Of a stretch of 64,000 bases of DNA, positions 57,351-64,000 are shown piece after piece. The stretch is from Lama guanicoe. Lineage: Eukaryota. The notes beneath the pieces were generated by a model that had not been told where the DNA came from, made no database searches, and saw nothing but the letters and a program-made list of their open reading frames with translations. A program made the position numbers and the translations under genes. The stretch's first letter is position 1; each line of letters starts with the position of its first letter. The stretch is from positions 6,807,078 through 6,871,077 of the forward strand of contig MU054001.1 in assembly GCA_013239625.1 (NCBI GenBank), read 5' to 3'.

Positions 57351-58410
57351 TACAGATGGTTTTATATGTAGAAAATCCTAAAGACGCCAACAAAAAAGTG
57401 TTAGATCTAATCAACAAATTCAGTAAAGTTGCAGGATACAAAACCAACATGCAAAAATTAGTAGCATATACTAAAAATGAATTATCTGAAAAAGAAATAA
57501 AGCAATCCCATTGACAACAGCATCAAAAACAAAATACTTAGGAATAAATTTAACCAAGAGGTGAAACATCTTTACCCTAAAAACTGTAAGACATTGATGA
57601 AGGAAGTTGAACAAACAATTGGAAAGATATTTGATCTTCATGGATTGGAAGAATTAATATTGTTAAAATATCCATACTACCCAAAGCCATCTATACATTC
57701 AGTGGAATCCTTATCAAGAATTCAAGGGTAATTTTACAGAAATAGAAAAAAAAAGTAAAAATTCATATGGGGCCACAAAATTCCCTGAATAGCCAAAGCA
57801 ATACTAAGACAAGACATATGCTGGGAGTATCGTATTTCTTGGTTTCAAACCATATTACAAAGCTATAATAATCATAACAGCATGGAACTGCCATAAAAAT
57901 AGACACACAGACCAATGGAACAGAATCAAGAGCCCAGAAATGAACTCATGCATACACAGTCAACTAATATTTGACAGAGGAGCCAAAAAAAATTCTGTGA
58001 AGAAAAGACAGTGTCTTCAATAAATGGTGCCCTGAAACTGGATATTTATTTGCAAAAAATGAAACTAGACCCCTATCTTATACCACTCACAACAATCAAC
58101 TTGAAATGGATTAAATACTTAAATGAAAGACCTGAAACCATAAAGCTCCTAGATGAAAGCAGGGAAAAGCTTCTTGTCATGGGTCTTGGTAATGATTTTT
58201 TTGGCTCTATCACTAAAGCACAAACAACAGAATAAGAAATAAGTAAGTGGGACTACATCAAACTAAAAAGCTTCTGCACAGAAATAAAGAAATAATCAGC
58301 AAAATGAAAGGGCAACCTAGGAATGGGAGAAAATGTTTGCAAACCACATATCTGATAAGGAATTAATGTCCAAAATATATGAGGACATCATACAACTCTT
58401 TAGCAAAATA

Positions 58411-59362
58411 ATAATAATAGCCAAAGCAATCCTGAGAAAAAAAGAGCAAAGCTGGAGGTATAACCCTTCCAGATTTCAGACTATACTACAAAGCTATAGA
58501 AATCAAAACAGCCTGGTACTGACACAAAAACAGACACATAGATCAACAGAACAGAACAGAGACCCCAGAAATGAATTCATGCAACTACAGTCAATTAATC
58601 TACGAACAAGTAAAACAATGAAATTAGAACATTCTCTCACACTATATACAAAAATAAACTCAAAATGGTTTAAAGATCTAAATGTGAGACATGATACCAT
58701 GAAACATCTAAAAGAGAACATAGGTGAAACATTCTTTGACATACACTGCAGCAATATATTTTTAGATCAGTCTCAAGGCAAAAGAAATAAAAGCAAAAAT
58801 AAATACGACCTAAGCACACTTAAAAGTTTTTGCACAGAAAAGGAAACCATCAACAAGGCAAAAACATAACATATAGAATGAGAGAAAATACTTGCAAATG
58901 ATGTGACCAACAAGTGGTTACTATCTAAAACATACAAACAGCCCATATAACTCAATATCAAAAAACCCCAAACAATCTAATCAAAAACTGGGCAGAAAAC
59001 CTAAATAGATTTTTTCCAAAGAAAATATATAGATGGCCAACAGGCACTTGAAAAGATGCTCAACATCACTGATAATTAGAGAAATGCAAATCAAAACTAC
59101 AATGAGGTATCACCTCACACCAGTCAGAAGGGCCATCATCAAAAAGTCTACAAATAGTGAACCCTGGAGAGGATGTGGAGAAAAGAGAATCCTCTTACAT
59201 TTTTGATGGGAATATAAATTGGGGCAGCCAGTATGGAGGTTCCTTAAAAAACTAAAAATAGAACTACCATATGATCCAGCAACTCCACTCTTGTAGGTAC
59301 ATGTATCTGGAAAAAGTGAAACTTTTAATTCGAAAAGATACATGCACCCCAAAGTTCATACC
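58411..59362 (+). mobile_element. Second LINE-1 ORF2 3' fragment
   Basis: Restarts at IAKAILRKK, a region already passed at about 57790; continues to C-terminal ORF2 sequence. Confidence 0.85.
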
Positions 59363-59439
59363 TGGTAGACTCATCAGATATCTATTACAATTCCTCAATA
59401 TTAAACTTGCTAACGTTTACTGAAGTTTATCAAACGCCA

Positions 59440-60610
59440 GGATCTGCGCTAAGCGTGTTTCCTTCCACCTGCGCTTTCACTCTCACGTTCTCCCTCCTCC
59501 CGGGGAGGGGGCGTGCTCAGCACCACCACCCGCCCTACCTGTGCATTCGTTGGTCGAGCCCGACGCCCGTTACCGCAGAGTCCCGCCCAAACCACGCCCC
59601 ACGCCGTCCTCCCGGCCGAGAGGAGGCGTGGCCATTGACCCGCGGGACGACCCAGGCTGTCTCCCCTCGAGAGAATCGGGACGCGCTGGAGAACCGGAGC
59701 CGTGCAGGAGGGAGCGTGTTCCGCGGTCCCGCGGAGTCGGCGCACGCCGCGCCCCGCCCCCTCGGTACGCAGGCTCCGCGTGAGATCGCGCACGCGCGCA
59801 CGCACCCGCCAGAGCCTCGGTCTGGCCTGCGGGGACCCGGCGGGCGGAGGCCGGGCCGTTGAGGTACGAGGGGCGGAGTCCGAGCCGCAGTCACCGCCGC
59901 CGCCGCCTCTGCGTCTGCCGCCGCCGCCGCTGCCAGAGAGGAGTATGTCTGCAAGTCGAGCCAAGAAAGTGAAGATGGCCACCAAATCATGCCCCGAGTG
60001 TGACCAACAGGTGGGCGCCGGGGGCCCAGCACCCGCCCGCGGGCTGGCGGGGGGGGGTACTAGCGGGCGGGCGGCCGTTGCCGGCGGCCGTTGGCTGTGG
60101 AGAGGCCGCTTCTCCGGGGTCTCGGCGGCAGAGCGGGTGGGCGGGCCCCTGGGCTTGGTGGGCTCGGTGGCCACGGTGGGGGTCCGGAGCCGTCCGGGCG
60201 GAGCCGAGGGGTTACTAGGGAAACGCGCGGGGCGGCAGCTCGGCGGCTGCCCACCTGGCGGCGGTCAGAGGGCGAGTGTCCCGTCCTGTGGCCTGGCCGC
60301 GCGAGAAGGGGGCGTGGGCTTGTGGTGGTGGACGGGGCGCCGTGTCCGGACCCTCCCTGAGTCTCCGGGCCGGCTCCGGGTGACGGCGGCAGGATTGTGA
60401 GGGCAGCGGCCCGAGTGGACGAGCACGGCCCCGTCACCCGCTCCTGCCCGGAGGAGAATGCCCGATGTGCCCGACTCTTGAGTCCAGGCTCCTGGCTCCG
60501 AAAGCCCCCTCCTGCCACTCACGGTTGCTTTGTTCCCGTTTGGACCCCCCAAAACTGTCCCCACCGCGACCTGGGCGGATGTTTAAATGTGACAGAACGG
60601 GCCGCAGTGA
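59440..60610. promoter_or_regulatory. CpG island / C16orf87 promoter
   Basis: Dense CpG; SP/KLF boxes (ccacgcccc, gccccgccccc); NRF1-like gcgcacgcgc near 59788; interrupted (GCC)n runs at about 59894-59931. Confidence 0.85.
59945..60010 (+). CDS. C16orf87: C16orf87 (UPF0547 family) first coding exon; remaining exons lie beyond the window
   Basis: MSASRAKKVKMATKSCPECDQQ followed by CAG|gtgggc donor; matches the remembered human N-terminus and the known divergent neighbour of GPT2. Confidence 0.92.
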
Positions 60611-61489
60611 AATGATGTTTTCCTCTTAGACTTGAGTAGATTGATGATCTTTATGCTTTTTCAATAATTTTTAATAACTCCAATAATCATTAACTTGGTC
60701 TGTATTTTTAGAACACTTTTAAATACTAAGTCCCCATTAAAGCCCTGTTTTTCTAGGCGCTCTCCTATTAAAGTGTTGCGTAGTCTTCTTTTTATAAGAC
60801 AAATTTGCCATTCCTACTTTGTGTGGTTTCTTGAATTTTTAATATCTGCTTTCTAAACTAAACTCATTAGGTCATGCAATGGCTTTATACCACTAGTGGT
60901 CTAGGGTTTAGATAGACATTCAAACTCACAAGGGTTCAGCTAGGACAGAAAACACTACATGTAATCAGAACAGCATCAGAATTGTGGCCAGTAAGGATCC
61001 TCACAGCATACCAGGGGCTTTCTCTGCCTCATCAATGACAGCTTAGATGTGAAGAAGCAAAACCACGCTAGTGATTGCAAGAGCTACTGTTTTAGAAATT
61101 TCAGGTTTCTTAGCTCGTGGGCAAGGCCATAGCTTCCAAGGTTTTGCAGAGTGGCATGATTATACTGTACTTAGGAAAGTTCAAACTATGGCTTCTCACC
61201 AGGTACCTTCCAGTCCAGATGCCAACAAGAAGTCTTTTTTTTTTTTTTAACCATAAGCAATATTGCCTGGTAACGCTGCTGACATGTCGTCTTTATCAGC
61301 CTAATGGGCACAGTGATAGGTTAACCAAAGGTATTTTTTTTAATGAAGGAATTTTGTTAATCCTTTATTAACATGTCATAACCCAATGGAAAATTTTTTT
61401 TTTTTACTGTTTTCTATGTGGTCATTTGATTATTCTTAACTAGGAAAGGTAGAAGTTCATTTAAAAGTCCTTCAATTAAAACCATTTGT

Positions 61490-63085
61490 AAGACATTTTT
61501 TATGCCAAAATGCAGACCTTGATGTGTGTTTCTTTTCAAAATAATTACTTCTCTTTAATTTCCCTCCCTTGACAAGAGAAATTTACTGCCTCCTGTACTT
61601 TCTTTCTGCAGTGTGTTATTGTTTTCAGTGTACAGGTTTTATATGTATTTTGTAAAATTTATCTCTATGAATTTAATTTTTTGGATGGTATTGTAAGTGG
61701 AATTATTTTAAACTTTTTATCTTATCAGTGTTCATTAATTATATACAGGGGTACATTAATACATTCACAGTGTGTTACAACCATCACCACTGTCTAGTTC
61801 CAGAAATTTTCATCATTCCAAAATGAGACCCTGTTTTCATTAAGCAGTCATTCCCTGATTCACCCTCCCCTAGTAATTACTAATTTGCTTTCTGTTTCTG
61901 TAGATTTTCCTATTCTTGATATTTCATATAAATGGAGTCATACAATGTGTCCTTTGATATCTAACTTCTTTGATTTAACTCATCCATGTTGTACCATATA
62001 TCAGTACTTCGTTTCCTTTTATGGCTGAATAACATTCCATTGTGTGGATATACTGCATTTTGTTAATCCGTTCATCAGTTGATGGACATTTTGGTGGTTT
62101 CCACCTTTTGGTTATTGTGAATAGTGATGCTGTGAATATTCACGTACAAGTGTTTGTTTTAACATCTGTTTTCATTTATTTTTAGGAGTGGAGCTGCATG
62201 GTCATATCGTAATTCAGTGTTTAATTTATTGAGGAATTTATTGAGTGTCTTCCCCAGGAGGTGCTGCATTTCACAGTTGGACCAACATTGTATGAAGTTT
62301 CTAATTTCCCCACATCCTCACCCACACTTGTTATTTTTTGTTTAAAAAAAATTAGTATGGTTATCCTAGTGCATGTGAAGTGGGATGTCATTGCAGTTCT
62401 GGTTTGCATTTCCCTCATAATCAAAGACATTGAACTCTTTTTGTGTGCTTGTTGGTCATTTTATGTATCTTCCTTAGAGAAATGCCTATTCAGGTTCGTT
62501 GCCCATTTTTTAATTGAGTTATTAATTGGGTTGTTTTTCTTTTTGTTGTTTGAGTCATGTAAGAGTTTTTGTATATTCTGCATATTAGACCCTTATCAGA
62601 TACATGATTTGCAAATATTTGTAAAAACACATTTGGTGGGTTTTCTTTTTACTCTCTTGATAGTACCCTTTGATGCATGAGTTTTTTGAGGTAGTCCAGT
62701 ATGTCTATTTTTTCTTTTGTTGCTTTTGTGCTTTTTGGTGTCAGAACTAAGAAACTGTCACCAAATCCAAGGTCACTGAAGACTTACCCCTTTTCTCATC
62801 TAAGAATTGTATAGTTGTAGTTGTTATATCTATGTCCTTGATTCATTTTGAGTTAGTTTTTGTTTATGGGGTGATGTTAGGGTTCAGCTTCATTCTTTGG
62901 ATGTGGATATCCTGCTGTTTCAGCTCTTTTTGTTGAAGAGATGATTCTTTCCTCATTGAAGGATATTGGTACCATTGTTGAAAATCAATCGACAATATTT
63001 GCTAGGTTTATTTCTGGACTGTCAGTTCTCTTTCATTGATGTATATGTCTATTCTTATGCCAGCATTACAGAGTTTTGTTTTGTT
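61490..63085 (-). mobile_element. L1M fragments (ORF2 end and 3' UTR) in C16orf87 intron 1
   Basis: Reverse L1 text (ttgcatttccctcataat, atatcctgctgtttcagc, ttgaaaatcaat). Confidence 0.82.
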
Positions 63086-63146
63086 TTTCTTTTTTCACTG
63101 ATATACAAGATTTTTTAAAGACTTTGAAAAAAATTGAGGTATAATT

Positions 63147-63372
63147 AAACTAGTAGTTACCAGTGGGGAGAGGGAAGTGGGAGGGGCAACATAAGGGTAG
63201 GAGATTAAGAGGTACAAACTATTTGTATAAAATAAGCTGCAGGGATATATTGTACAATACAGGGAATATAGCCAATATTTTATAATAACTATAAATGGAG
63301 TATAACCTTTAAAATTGTGACTCATATTGTACACCTGTAACATATCATATTGTACATCAACTATACTTCAAT
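63147..63372 (+). mobile_element. 5'-truncated L1 3' end with TSD
   Basis: 19-bp flanking repeat aaaaaattgaRgtataatt at 63128-63146 and 63373-63391 (one mismatch). Confidence 0.82.
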
Positions 63373-63497
63373 AAAAAATTGAAGTATAATTGACATATAA
63401 TGTTACATATACTAGTTATAACATTATATTAGTTTCAGGTGTATAGTATAATGATTTGATAATTGTGAATAATGTGAAATGATCACACAATAAGACT

Positions 63498-64000
63498 TTA
63501 TTTATTTATAGCAGTTTTAGGTTTGCAACAAAATTGAGAAGAGGGTGTAAAGATTTCCCATATACCCTCTGCTCCACACATGCATAGCCTCTCCTATATC
63601 AACATCCCCCACTGGAGTGATAAATTTATTAAAATTGATGACCCTATGTTGACACATAGTTGTCACTCAAAGTCCATAGTTTCCATTATGGGTCACTCTT
63701 GGTGTTGTATGTTCTATGAGTGTGGACAAATATATAATGACATATATCCACCATTACAGTATTAGAGACTGTTTTCATTACCCTAAAAATCCTCTGTGCT
63801 TCACCTGTTCATCCCTCCCTCCCCACAAACCCCTGGCAACCACTGATTTATTTAGTATCTCCATAGTTTTCCCTTTTCCAGAATAATGTAGTTGGAATCA
63901 TAGTATATAACTTTTTTATATTGGCTTCTTTCACTTAGTATTATGCATTTAAGTTTCCTCCATGTCTTTTCAGGGCTTGATAGTTTACTTTTTTTTTTTA
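63498..64000 (-). mobile_element. L1MC-type 3' UTR fragment, runs off the window
   Basis: gcagttttaggttt...atttcccatataccctc... Confidence 0.7.

Larger units (their letters stand above)
55210..58410 (+). mobile_element. LINE-1 ORF2 remnant (endonuclease and RT), 5'-truncated, many frameshifts and stops
   Basis: Degenerate motifs IIVGNFNT (about 55557), TDHNG (about 55832), [10 protein letters not shown] (about 56920), GQRCPL and SLFTD. Confidence 0.92.

Noticed and set aside
58333..58869. 178-aa ORF as a gene or active L1
   Set aside because: Chimeric frame across degenerate L1 ORF2 fragments; the element has no ORF1 and many disruptions.
59407..60615. Long overlapping ORFs (150-240 aa) on both strands at the C16orf87 promoter
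   Set aside because: Stop-poor CpG-island artefacts rich in Pro/Arg/Gly/Ala; only 59945-60010 matches a known protein.

Overview
Mammalian genomic DNA, probably camelid (alpaca/camel), inferred from 13 copies of a tRNA-Ala-derived Vic-1-type SINE. The left half holds a complete, intact GPT2 gene (mitochondrial alanine aminotransferase 2) on the minus strand. It has 11 coding exons from ATG 31924 to TGA 2464 (1572 nt, 523 aa), all coding-region introns are GT-AG, the 3' UTR is about 2.3 kb, and a CpG-island promoter lies near 32.2-32.7 kb. About 27 kb of repeat-rich intergenic DNA follows (nested LTR/L1/SINE insertions and a degenerate 4-kb L1 ORF2). The CpG-island promoter and first coding exon of C16orf87 (plus strand, 59945-60010) sit divergent from GPT2. 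I found no convincing new gene or novel biological system. The best leads are regulatory: a probable GC-AG, frame-preserving GPT2 intron 1, a divergent CTCF motif pair around exon 6, promoter ZNF143/THAP11 and ATF4-type motifs, an intronic ERRE/DR1, and two substitutions in conserved ALT motifs. Repeat family names and human comparisons come from memory and need checking; repeat boundaries are approximate.
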